The notes under the pieces were generated by a model. The model saw only the letters and a list, made by a program, of their open reading frames with translations. It was not told the origin of the DNA and ran no database searches. The position numbers were made by a program, and so were the translations under genes. Shown piece after piece: positions 19,567 through 27,169 of a stretch of DNA of 32,000 nt. Origin of the DNA: Candidatus Methanoperedens sp. (GTDB taxonomy: Archaea > Halobacteriota > Methanosarcinia > Methanosarcinales > Methanoperedenaceae). Position 1 is the stretch's first letter; each line of letters begins with the position of its first letter. The stretch is taken from NCBI GenBank assembly GCA_027460535.1, contig JAPZAR010000009.1, forward strand, positions 30,001 to 62,000, given 5' to 3'.

Positions 19567-20598
19567 TTAGCCTCCTTTCTTGACATCTTCTACCCATCCC
19601 AAAAGCCGCTTAATTCCCTCCCTATGCCCCACCTCTGGCGCCCATTTCAGCACTTCTCTAGCCTTCGAAATATCCGAAACGTAAACCTTCTGATCACTGG
19701 GGCGCCAGTCCGCAAAATTTATTTTCGAGCGATGGCCGGTCAATTCCTCTAGAAGATCCAGAAGCTCCAGTAACGATATAGTATTCTCTTGTCCACCACC
19801 AATATTCAAAACTGCGCTGCTGTTTAGATTCAAGAAGGCATCATATGCTTTTACTAGATCTTCCACGTAAAGCACATCCCTCACCTGCTTTCCATCTCCA
19901 TAAATCGTGATAGGTTTCCGAAATATTGTTGAAATTGCGAACCACGCAACCCAGCCTTGATCTTCGACGCCAAACTGCCTTGTGCCATAAATACAGCTCA
20001 TTCTGAAGACGCCTGAATTAAGCCCATAAAGATGCCCATAATCTTGACAGTAAATATCACCAGTTAACTTTGAGCAACCATATGGTGTATGTTCACACCG
20101 ATCTATCGCAAAAGACTCTGAAATCCCATTCTTAAATTTATCCTCAAATACATACCGTTTTTCTTTTTCCATTACTTTAATCGCATTTACATTGTCGCCA
20201 TATACCTTGTTCGTAGAACAATATACAACTGCCTCAACATCAGAAGTCCTTGCAGCCTCCATTACATTAAATGTGCCTAGAGCATTTACCTCAAAATCCG
20301 TTTTCGGATCAACTACCGATGTAGTAACTGCAGTCTGCGCAGCAGTATGTATGATCGCATCCGCACTCTTTGCAGCTTCTTTTAGTTCTTCTAAGTCTCT
20401 AATGTCTCCTTTGATTAATTTCACATTTTTAATATTCTTTAAGTAATTCCAGTTATATGCGGTATCGATAGAATCCTTTCTAAGAAGTTCTCCCCTAGAA
20501 AGGTTATCATAGCACACAACCTCATTTCCTTTTCTTGCAAAATATTCTGCAGCATGGCTGCCAACAAAACCTGCTCCACCTGTTATTAGTATTTTCAT
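19567..20598 (-). CDS. NAD-dependent sugar-nucleotide epimerase/dehydratase (extended SDR; CDP-paratose 2-epimerase-like subfamily)
   Basis: GGAGFVGSH Rossmann motif and catalytic YGCSK (YxxxK). Blocks STNKVYGD, DQGWVAWF, GDGKQVRDVLYVEDL, NIGGGQENTISLLEL and RPSDQKVYVSDI match my recollection of Salmonella RfbE. The subfamily call is less certain than the SDR call. Confidence 0.85.
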   Translation of the reverse strand: MKILITGGAGFVGSHAAEYFARKGNEVVCYDNLSRGELLRKDSIDTAYNWNYLKNIKNVKLIKGDIRDLEELKEAAKSADAIIHTAAQTAVTTSVVDPKTDFEVNALGTFNVMEAARTSDVEAVVYCSTNKVYGDNVNAIKVMEKEKRYVFEDKFKNGISESFAIDRCEHTPYGCSKLTGDIYCQDYGHLYGLNSGVFRMSCIYGTRQFGVEDQGWVAWFAISTIFRKPITIYGDGKQVRDVLYVEDLVKAYDAFLNLNSSAVLNIGGGQENTISLLELLDLLEELTGHRSKINFADWRPSDQKVYVSDISKAREVLKWAPEVGHREGIKRLLGWVEDVKKGG

Positions 20599-20652
20599 CG
20601 TATCACATTTATTTAATTTTTATTCATATATTATTAATTAATTGCCCACAAT

Positions 20653-21798
20653 TTAAACGTCATTTAAATTTCGCATGAAAATTTCGTTATAATCAAATTG
20701 TTTTATGTATTTGGTTGCATTTATAGAATATTCTTTTAGAATGTCTTCATTTTCTATCAATTCTATTATTGCGCTTTTTATACTTTCCACATTATTTCTA
20801 ATTATTTTCCCACAATGGCATCGCTCAATTTCATGGGCATTATAAGGTATGTCAGTTAATAGAACAGGCAATCCCATCGCAAAATATGTCTTTAACTTCG
20901 TGGGATCGGCATAGTATGTAAAGGAGGCTTTTCCATTATCATACATAGCAACAGCGATATGTGATTTTCCTAATATTTTATTTAATTCTTTGGAATCGTA
21001 TATCGGTCCCCTGAATTCAACATATTTATCAATCTCCAAATGATATGCCAATTTTTTTAATTCCGTCTCATATTCGCCATTTCCAATTATAATAAAATTA
21101 AAGTCTCTAATTTTGTTGGTTATTTCAGGTATAGCCTTTAAAACTAGTTGAACTCCTTGTTTTTCCAGTAAATGCCCGACAAAAATCAATGTTTTTCTTC
21201 CATACTTTTTATTTATTTGTGGCAGATCTTCTAGCCAAACTCCTATCGGAACAACTTTCTGTTTATTATATTTTTCAGTTGGCATATTGTTGTATTTTCC
21301 CCTACCTTCAGCCATTCTTGGGGATAGATTCCATGTCTGATCACAATATCTTACACATATTTTGTCTATAGAATGATATATTTTATTCAAAAATTTATTA
21401 TTAAATCTGATAGGTGCATAGTCTATGGTGTAAAAAACAACTTTTTCACATTTACCAGCCCATTTAAGTGACAACGCACTCAAAGCATTAAAGCCTCCAC
21501 ATCCTACAATTAGATCGAATTTGTTTTTATTGAAAAAAATTCCAAAAAAAGAATAGAAGAAATCTTTAATGTATATGATAGTGTCTGGAAATAATTTGTA
21601 ATCTAAGCATTCGATAATATTCTCTTTGTTCTTATTAAATTCAGTGAAAGTTGTCTTTCTATCCGGCAAAGAAGAAAAACTATGTTGTACCAGTAACACG
21701 TACCGAGTATTGTTTTTCTTCAAAAATCTGTAAAGATCTTGACCAGCGCCGGTGAAGAGATGATGGGTTATAATAGCATACTTTTTATCAAATAACAT
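20653..21798 (-). CDS. Glycosyltransferase, GT-B fold (GT4-like, divergent)
   Basis: C-terminal domain pattern FVGHLLEKQGVQLVLKAIPEI ... IIIGNGEYETELKKLA ... VEFRGPIY ... TYFAMGLPVLLTD. The first Glu of the usual EX7E is not obvious. GAGGT SD 6 nt upstream; only 3 nt separate it from the upstream GT2 stop. Confidence 0.7.
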   Translation of the reverse strand: MLFDKKYAIITHHLFTGAGQDLYRFLKKNNTRYVLLVQHSFSSLPDRKTTFTEFNKNKENIIECLDYKLFPDTIIYIKDFFYSFFGIFFNKNKFDLIVGCGGFNALSALSLKWAGKCEKVVFYTIDYAPIRFNNKFLNKIYHSIDKICVRYCDQTWNLSPRMAEGRGKYNNMPTEKYNKQKVVPIGVWLEDLPQINKKYGRKTLIFVGHLLEKQGVQLVLKAIPEITNKIRDFNFIIIGNGEYETELKKLAYHLEIDKYVEFRGPIYDSKELNKILGKSHIAVAMYDNGKASFTYYADPTKLKTYFAMGLPVLLTDIPYNAHEIERCHCGKIIRNNVESIKSAIIELIENEDILKEYSINATKYIKQFDYNEIFMRNLNDV

Positions 21799-21801
21799 TC
21801 T

Positions 21802-22815
21802 TTACCTCTGTACCCATCCACTCCTATTCTCTTCTTCTACATGTATAGTATTCTTTATCAGGCCCCATGCGTACACGCCCATGGTTATCCAGCACGCCAG
21901 AATATGAAACCACCACGCTCTGTCCTGCTTCTGCCAGTAACCTCTCGAAACTTGAGAAACCAGCGGAAGAATAGTTATCGTATAAATAATGAATTTCAAC
22001 AGTTTCAGTTTGCCAAGACTTCCCCATGGATACTTCCTAAGCTTCAGCTTTTTATAATATGCGTAGTCCTTAATCCTTCGCCTTTGCTTCTTAATGAAAG
22101 TAAAAACATCCCCTGAAAAAAGATGCACAATCCCCACCTTGACTTTCGCAAACTTATTCTTTTTCTGCGTGATCAGTTCATAAACAATATCGATATCAAA
22201 CAGGTAATCACCCCTGGAACAATCCATTAGCGCCTCCCGCCTCACAAGGAACCCGTTCGCGCCTATGGTTGGCAGCTTCTTATCATCAAGTTCGATCTTA
22301 ATATAATTCCCCTTATCTTCCTGGATCACTGGCATCTCAGTCCATTTATTGGTTACCATGCACATCCTGTCATAATTTCCCAGGAATAAGCACAGCGGGT
22401 CGTTCATCCCGAGCATGGCGCAGTATCGCGTAATATACCCATCCTCCTTTCGATACGTGTAATAAAGCGGCTCAGTCCCTGCGATCTCCCTGTCCTGGAA
22501 CGGTTCAGTCATACGGGAAAGCCAGTCCCTTGAAGGAAGGATATTGTCCGAATCTATGAGAGCGATGATCTCATTTTTGGTATGTTTCACACCCGCGGCT
22601 TTGCCAGCTTCACCTGTTTTAAGAGGATTTGTATAGATCTTATCAGTGTATTTTTGAGCTATTTCAAGTGTGCTGTCAGTAGAGCCGCCGTCTGCAATGA
22701 TGATCTCAGTTTCACCTGCATATACTTGAATCATAATGCTGTCAAGGCATAGAGAAATGGTCCTTGCTGAGTTATATGTCGGAATAACGATGCTTATAGA
22801 GGGTGATTTTTGCAT
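21802..22815 (-). CDS. Glycosyltransferase family 2 with C-terminal TM helices
   Basis: The track ORF starts at TTG 22929. ATG 22815 gives the typical GT2 N-terminus MQKSPSISIVIPTYNSA. ADGGSTDST and the DxD motif DSDNIL are present. C-terminal TMs: FIIYTITILPLVSQV, WWFHILACWITMGVYAWGLI. Confidence 0.8.
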   Translation of the reverse strand: MQKSPSISIVIPTYNSARTISLCLDSIMIQVYAGETEIIIADGGSTDSTLEIAQKYTDKIYTNPLKTGEAGKAAGVKHTKNEIIALIDSDNILPSRDWLSRMTEPFQDREIAGTEPLYYTYRKEDGYITRYCAMLGMNDPLCLFLGNYDRMCMVTNKWTEMPVIQEDKGNYIKIELDDKKLPTIGANGFLVRREALMDCSRGDYLFDIDIVYELITQKKNKFAKVKVGIVHLFSGDVFTFIKKQRRRIKDYAYYKKLKLRKYPWGSLGKLKLLKFIIYTITILPLVSQVSRGYWQKQDRAWWFHILACWITMGVYAWGLIKNTIHVEEENRSGWVQR

Positions 22816-22988
22816 ATCTTTATTTTTCTCTTTTATTACATTCTTAATAGATAATAATGGTGCATGGGTTTCTAGCTGAAGAATAACGGTCCGCATAAAA
22901 CACAATTTCTGTTCCATATTGTGTAGCAAATATTATAAGCTCCGCTACCTCTGCACGGCCTTTTATCATAGCACTAGCTCAATACAAC

Positions 22989-23348
22989 CTAGCTGAGTAA
23001 CGGTTTGATCGTGTTTTCCTGAAGATTGCAATATCTCTTAAGCGACGCCAGGAACATTTTTTCCTGTGCAAATCCTGTTGACCAGTAGGGGTCCTCAAAA
23101 CCCTCTTTGCTGCTTAATTCATTGATTATGAGCCTTACCTGGGCATCCGAGATGCGAAAACTCCTGCGAATTTTTGAGAGTATGTTTATATAATGCCCGA
23201 TTTTCATCGGCATGTCGTCTGATATGTTTTTGACTGCTCCGCAATGTATGCAGTATGGATGCGATTTAAGGCCGTATACCTCCTCCCTTGAAATGTGAGG
23301 CAGCCAGACTTTCTCTTTGCTTCCACAGCTTTTATGTTCGCATTTCAT
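22989..23348 (-). CDS. Small Zn-ribbon protein of unknown function
   Basis: 119 aa. Four Cys arranged C3-x4-C8 ... C33-x2-C36 (KCEHKSCG ... YCIHCG), then a ~70-aa predicted helical C-terminal part. AGAGGA SD about 8 nt upstream; 27 nt downstream of the rSAM stop. Confidence 0.6.
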   Translation of the reverse strand: MKCEHKSCGSKEKVWLPHISREEVYGLKSHPYCIHCGAVKNISDDMPMKIGHYINILSKIRRSFRISDAQVRLIINELSSKEGFEDPYWSTGFAQEKMFLASLKRYCNLQENTIKPLLS

Positions 23349-23375
23349 TTTTGAATCCTCTTTTATGGTACCAGA

Positions 23376-24842
23376 TTAAGAATCACACTTTTCCTTATTC
23401 GAGAAATCAGTCAGATGTCCTGTGACTGCACTCACGCCCCTTTTTATAAATTTCAGGTCATCTATATTCCTGATGGACAGCAATCTTCGCAGGATGTAAC
23501 CAGGTGTGATAAATACCTTGTATAGTTCCTGTGTTAACTCTTTAATCTCCTGTTCGGTTATCGGACACTTCATAACTGCCTCACGCATATCGAATCTATC
23601 CCAGTCTTCGGTTACAAGCCAGCCATTTTCCTTGCATTCCCTGTAAAGAGGAGTTCCTGGATAGGGGATAACGATGGTTGCCTGAAGCGTATCGGCCCAT
23701 CCTTTTTTGAAAATCTCCTGGGCAAGTTTAACAGTCTGCAGAGCATCTGTTTTCGTCTCCCATGGATACCCGAGCATCACTGTTAAATGCGGGTCAAGCC
23801 CTGCCTTTTTAGCCATCATGCATGCATTTGGAATATCTTCCACTTTTGTACCTTTATTAATTCTGTCAAGCGTACCCTGGTTCGCAGACTCAACACCGTA
23901 GAGTATGAACCTGAATCCAGCATTTGCCATCAGGTCATATTCTTCCTGCATGAGGGCATTCACGCGCATGTTACAGTGGATATTTATTTTTTTATTATAT
24001 CCTCTCTCTATCATGCCAGTGCAGAAATCATGAAGCCAATTACCCACTGGAAAAGTACCTGTATCATCCATTATCTCCTTCACTTTATATTTCTCAATAA
24101 GCATACCTATTTCATCAAGCAGTTTTTCCGGAGTTCTTGCCCTGAAGGATGGATAAGTAGTAGTCCATGAGCAGAAAGTGCATTTTGCATGCCAGCAGTC
24201 TCTTCCGACCATGGTATAGGTGCCTGGTGTCCTTTTATAATTGCCATTTTTTTCGCTGTAGAGCTTCCATTTTGTCAGATCACGGTCAATGAAGGGCAGT
24301 TCATTCAGATCATGGTCAAGCTTGAATAATCCTGAATTCTTTATGGTTCCATCTTTCCTGTACCATATCCCTGGTTCTAACTTCACACCTTTTGCTAGAT
24401 GATCTGCAAGATTTAGCAGGAGGAAATCATAATCCCCCCCTGTGAGTATGAAATCGGCCTCACAGTTCTCCATAGATTCTTGCGGGAGCGCAGTCGCATG
24501 ATCTCCTGCGAGAACAATCCTTGTATCAGGACTCTTGCGCTTTATATCATCGATAATATTCCAATGTCTTTTGACCACTGGAGTTTTTGTCTCTATGGCG
24601 ATTACATCCGGTTCTTGCATTAGAATATCATTGCGCCACTTCTCATAAGTCTTATTTTCCGCGATCCCGTCGTCCCAGATGACCTGATAGCCGCTTCCTT
24701 TCAATAGAGTAGCAGCATAAGCAGGAACCATGGGGTAGATATAAGTAGGATTATTAAACCATTGGAACTGCCTGTTTTGGGCCAGCAATGGGGTACCCTT
24801 TGGGCTTTCAATCGGAGGATATGATATTGAAATTTTCATCAT
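23376..24842 (-). CDS. B12-binding-domain radical SAM enzyme with non-canonical CX4CX2C motif
   Basis: N-terminal Rossmann-like segment (PDVIAIETKT ... IVLAGDHATA). Cluster motif GRDCWHAKCTFC, which is C-x4-C-x2-C. VMLGYPWET motif present. The start overlaps the upstream GT2 stop (TAATG at 24842). Confidence 0.85.
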   Translation of the reverse strand: MMKISISYPPIESPKGTPLLAQNRQFQWFNNPTYIYPMVPAYAATLLKGSGYQVIWDDGIAENKTYEKWRNDILMQEPDVIAIETKTPVVKRHWNIIDDIKRKSPDTRIVLAGDHATALPQESMENCEADFILTGGDYDFLLLNLADHLAKGVKLEPGIWYRKDGTIKNSGLFKLDHDLNELPFIDRDLTKWKLYSEKNGNYKRTPGTYTMVGRDCWHAKCTFCSWTTTYPSFRARTPEKLLDEIGMLIEKYKVKEIMDDTGTFPVGNWLHDFCTGMIERGYNKKINIHCNMRVNALMQEEYDLMANAGFRFILYGVESANQGTLDRINKGTKVEDIPNACMMAKKAGLDPHLTVMLGYPWETKTDALQTVKLAQEIFKKGWADTLQATIVIPYPGTPLYRECKENGWLVTEDWDRFDMREAVMKCPITEQEIKELTQELYKVFITPGYILRRLLSIRNIDDLKFIKRGVSAVTGHLTDFSNKEKCDS

Positions 24843-25801
24843 TATCTCTCCAGTTCCCCAACTGTCAGGCCGCGAATAAAATATACACCATATGCAATGT
24901 GTGTTGCAATTGTTCCTGTAAATACCAGAGGTAAATATCGCAGATCTTTTCCATAAGCAGTTGCCATTAAAGAAACTGCAAACGTTGCAAACAGGTATAA
25001 AAACAGTATAGAAATATAGGCAAGAAAAATGGAATTATTCATTAACGGGAAAGCAATGCCAAATATTAAGAAAAGGACAAACATTGAAGGGATGAAATAG
25101 TTCACACGGAGGGACGTTTCAGGGAATTTTTTCGCAAAAAAGCCTCGATGGAGGCCGAACCTGGATACCTGCGCCAGATGCTTCGCAAATAATGGTCTTC
25201 GATGATGGAAGACGATTACCTCAGGGGATTCGATCATCTTTTTCCCGAGCTTCTTTATTCCAAGACATATCAACGTATCCTCCCCAGGCCAGTATTTCTC
25301 ATCCCATCCGGCAATCTCTTCGAGAACTGATCTCCTGGCAATGAAATTACATGAATGAATATCGTCGGATTCGCGGGATTTCCCGGTATTGTACCTGTCA
25401 GCAAGGCCACCTACCATGAAAGAAGAAAGAACATATCCCCCTGCCTTCTGTAGAATAGTATCCCTCGGTGGCGTCACTCCCGGGCCTCCCACCGCTGCGA
25501 TATCGGGGCAAGCGAAATATTTAACTGCATTAATGAGCCAGTCCTTTCTCGGATACGCATCGGAATCGATAAAAGCCAGAAATTCGCCAGTTGAGTTTTT
25601 GAGTCCGATATTTCTCTTTCGGCCAGGGGAAACTCCACCCGTTGAAATTATTTTTACATCGTCAATTGAATTCGAACCGTTGTCTGGTAAGACGATTATT
25701 TCAAAGTTTTCATAATCGAGCTCCATACATTCGTGGATACACTCTAAGGTGAGGGCATCTACATCGTTACAAGGGATTATTATGGAAATTTCAATATTCA
25801 T
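24842..25801 (-). CDS. Glycosyltransferase family 2 with three C-terminal TM helices
   Basis: ISIIIPCND, DxD motif DSDAYP, and conserved GGPG / GEDT blocks. C-terminal TMs: YFIPSMFVLFLIFGIAFPLM, IFLAYISILFLYLFATFAVSLMA, LPLVFTGTIATHIAYGVYFI. GGAGA SD 6 nt upstream. Confidence 0.85.
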   Translation of the reverse strand: MNIEISIIIPCNDVDALTLECIHECMELDYENFEIIVLPDNGSNSIDDVKIISTGGVSPGRKRNIGLKNSTGEFLAFIDSDAYPRKDWLINAVKYFACPDIAAVGGPGVTPPRDTILQKAGGYVLSSFMVGGLADRYNTGKSRESDDIHSCNFIARRSVLEEIAGWDEKYWPGEDTLICLGIKKLGKKMIESPEVIVFHHRRPLFAKHLAQVSRFGLHRGFFAKKFPETSLRVNYFIPSMFVLFLIFGIAFPLMNNSIFLAYISILFLYLFATFAVSLMATAYGKDLRYLPLVFTGTIATHIAYGVYFIRGLTVGELER

Positions 25802-25927
25802 TCAATTCTCCATTCTGACGAAGCACTCCAAATTTACCCACTGTTCAGCATTCTCATGGGTGAATATCTCTGCTCCGCCCGCTGCAGGATTCTTGATGTC
25901 ACGCCAGTTGTAAAAAAGTATTCTCAT
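25802..25927 (-). pseudogene. Remnant of a GT4 glycosyltransferase gene (first ~31 codons retained, then out-of-context tail and stop)
   Basis: Below the ORF-track size cutoff. Manual translation gives MRILFYNWRDIKNPAAGGAEIFTHENAEQWVNLECFVRMEN*. The first ~31 residues match the characteristic N-terminus of many archaeal/bacterial GT-B (GT4) enzymes (M.ILF.NWRDI.NP.AGGAE..THE.A..WV). The normal ~350-aa remainder is missing. It fills the gap between two GT2 genes exactly: 2 nt after one stop, and its TGA abuts the next ATG. Confidence 0.6.
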
Positions 25928-25929
25928 AT

Positions 25930-26868
25930 TCATTTCTCGAATTTTCTTGCAAGGGATTCGTAAGGTAAGGTTAAAATAACTATTACAAAACTCAAAGCGA
26001 ATAGGGCAATCAAACTTCTTGATTCAATTCCTGGTAATAAGAAGGGATCAATAAACTGTTTGTAAAGGTATATCCCGGATATTGAAACCATGAGCATGAT
26101 AGTTGAGTCTCGAATAATCCTTGAATAGTACTGCAAGAAACCGAATCGGCCTGCTACTGCAACTGTATCGAGAAAGATGTTGGTGATAACCTTAATATTT
26201 ATCCTTCCCCACCCCTTTCTTGTGAATTTCAAAATTATGGGCGCTTCCACGATCTTATAACCGAAACGCCTGGCATACGCCAATAACTCCACATCAAAGG
26301 CGTACCTCTTCACGCGCATCAGCGGAAAGACCTTTTGCAGGACTTCCCTCCTCATTAATTTGAAGCCAGCCTGAGTATCCCGGATTTCCAATTGCAGAAG
26401 CAATCGGAGTATGATATTGTACATCTTACTTAAGAATTTTCTAATAAGTGGATAGTATTCTATGGTGGAGAGGGGATGTCTCTTACTTCCCACAACGATA
26501 TCTGCATGGTATTTTTTCATGTACTCTAATAGAATGCTTATCTGCTTTGGATCAAGTTCCATGTCTGCATCAAGAAAAGTGACGAGGTCTCTTGTTGCAA
26601 ATTTCAATCCGTATCTTATGGCATTTCCTTTGCCCATGTTGTGCTTAACTTGCACGACATTGACATTGTCAAATCTTTTTGAAGTGGCTTCCTCATAAGT
26701 ATTGTCAGTGGATCCATCATCTACAACTATTATTTCATGATCCACTCCGAGCTCTGTGAAGAGATCTTTCACATGCATTATTGTTTTAAGAATGTGTCCT
26801 TCTTCGTTGTAAGCCGGAATAATTACCGACAGCTTATCATTTTTCATATTTGACTTTCCACTTTTCAT
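25930..26868 (-). CDS. Glycosyltransferase family 2, polyprenyl(dolichyl)-phosphate hexose synthase-like (DPM1/GtrB/AglJ-type architecture)
   Basis: LSVIIPAYNEE, VVDDGSTDNT, GKGNAIRYG and the DxD motif FLDADMELDP, followed by two C-terminal TMs (IMLMVSISGIYLY, LIALFALSFVIVILTL). The sugar specificity cannot be read from sequence. Confidence 0.8.
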   Translation of the reverse strand: MKSGKSNMKNDKLSVIIPAYNEEGHILKTIMHVKDLFTELGVDHEIIVVDDGSTDNTYEEATSKRFDNVNVVQVKHNMGKGNAIRYGLKFATRDLVTFLDADMELDPKQISILLEYMKKYHADIVVGSKRHPLSTIEYYPLIRKFLSKMYNIILRLLLQLEIRDTQAGFKLMRREVLQKVFPLMRVKRYAFDVELLAYARRFGYKIVEAPIILKFTRKGWGRINIKVITNIFLDTVAVAGRFGFLQYYSRIIRDSTIMLMVSISGIYLYKQFIDPFLLPGIESRSLIALFALSFVIVILTLPYESLARKFEK

Positions 26869-27169
26869 GAACTATACCGTTGCCGATATAAACTGGAATA
26901 ATCATTCATTAACCTGCCGTCTATTGATTTGCGAACAACAAGATAACGATAATATGTAATAATTCCAATTGTATTCTCTCTTTTTCCCGTTTCTGACCAC
27001 CGATCTCTCATGCCAACGCTATTTACAAATAGTAAGATATTTATAGTTTATGCATCATTGCAGTATTGAAGGATTAACCAGTGGTGGATATCCTATTGAG
27101 AATGAGATAAATCACCAAGTGGCGAAGAGAATCTCTGCCTATTATAATAAGAATAAGGAGGAAATACTA

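Larger units (their letters stand above)
10900..21801. other. AT-rich compositional island (mosaic) within the glycan cluster
   Basis: Hand G+C counts on single 60-nt lines. Inside: 12001-12060 = 19/60, 16021-16080 = 11/60, 19021-19080 = 16/60, 21001-21060 = 18/60. Flanks: 2401-2460 = 32/60, 8401-8460 = 31/60, 22201-22260 = 35/60, 24001-24060 = 27/60. The embedded epimerase line 19921-19980 = 28/60. Island proteins are K/N/I/F/Y-rich. Boundaries are approximate. Confidence 0.65.

Noticed and set aside
10900-21801. AT-rich island as a mobile genetic element, provirus or integrative element
   Set aside because: No integrase, transposase, tRNA target, terminal direct/inverted repeats or phage-like genes are visible. 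All genes are glycan-biosynthesis types. It is treated as a recombinational cassette, not annotated as a mobile element.
22816-22929. 38-codon N-terminal extension of the GT2 gene starting at TTG 22929
   Set aside because: It uses a TTG start and is not GT2-like. ATG 22815 gives the canonical short leader before ISIVIPTYN. The upstream stretch is probably intergenic or promoter sequence.
22989-23348. Zn-ribbon protein as a RiPP precursor peptide for the adjacent radical SAM enzyme
   Set aside because: At 119 aa with a structured four-Cys knuckle, it has no leader/core organisation or repeated core. The rSAM lacks a SPASM/RRE-type C-terminal domain. The surrounding genes are all glycosyltransferases.
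27050-27169. 40-codon N-terminal extension of the fourth surface protein (MHHCSIEGLTSGGYPIENEINHQ...)
   Set aside because: It precedes, rather than forms, the signal-anchor. The in-frame ATG 27170 has a near-perfect AAGGAGG at proper spacing and yields a normal basic+TM N-terminus. The extension is more likely 5' UTR.
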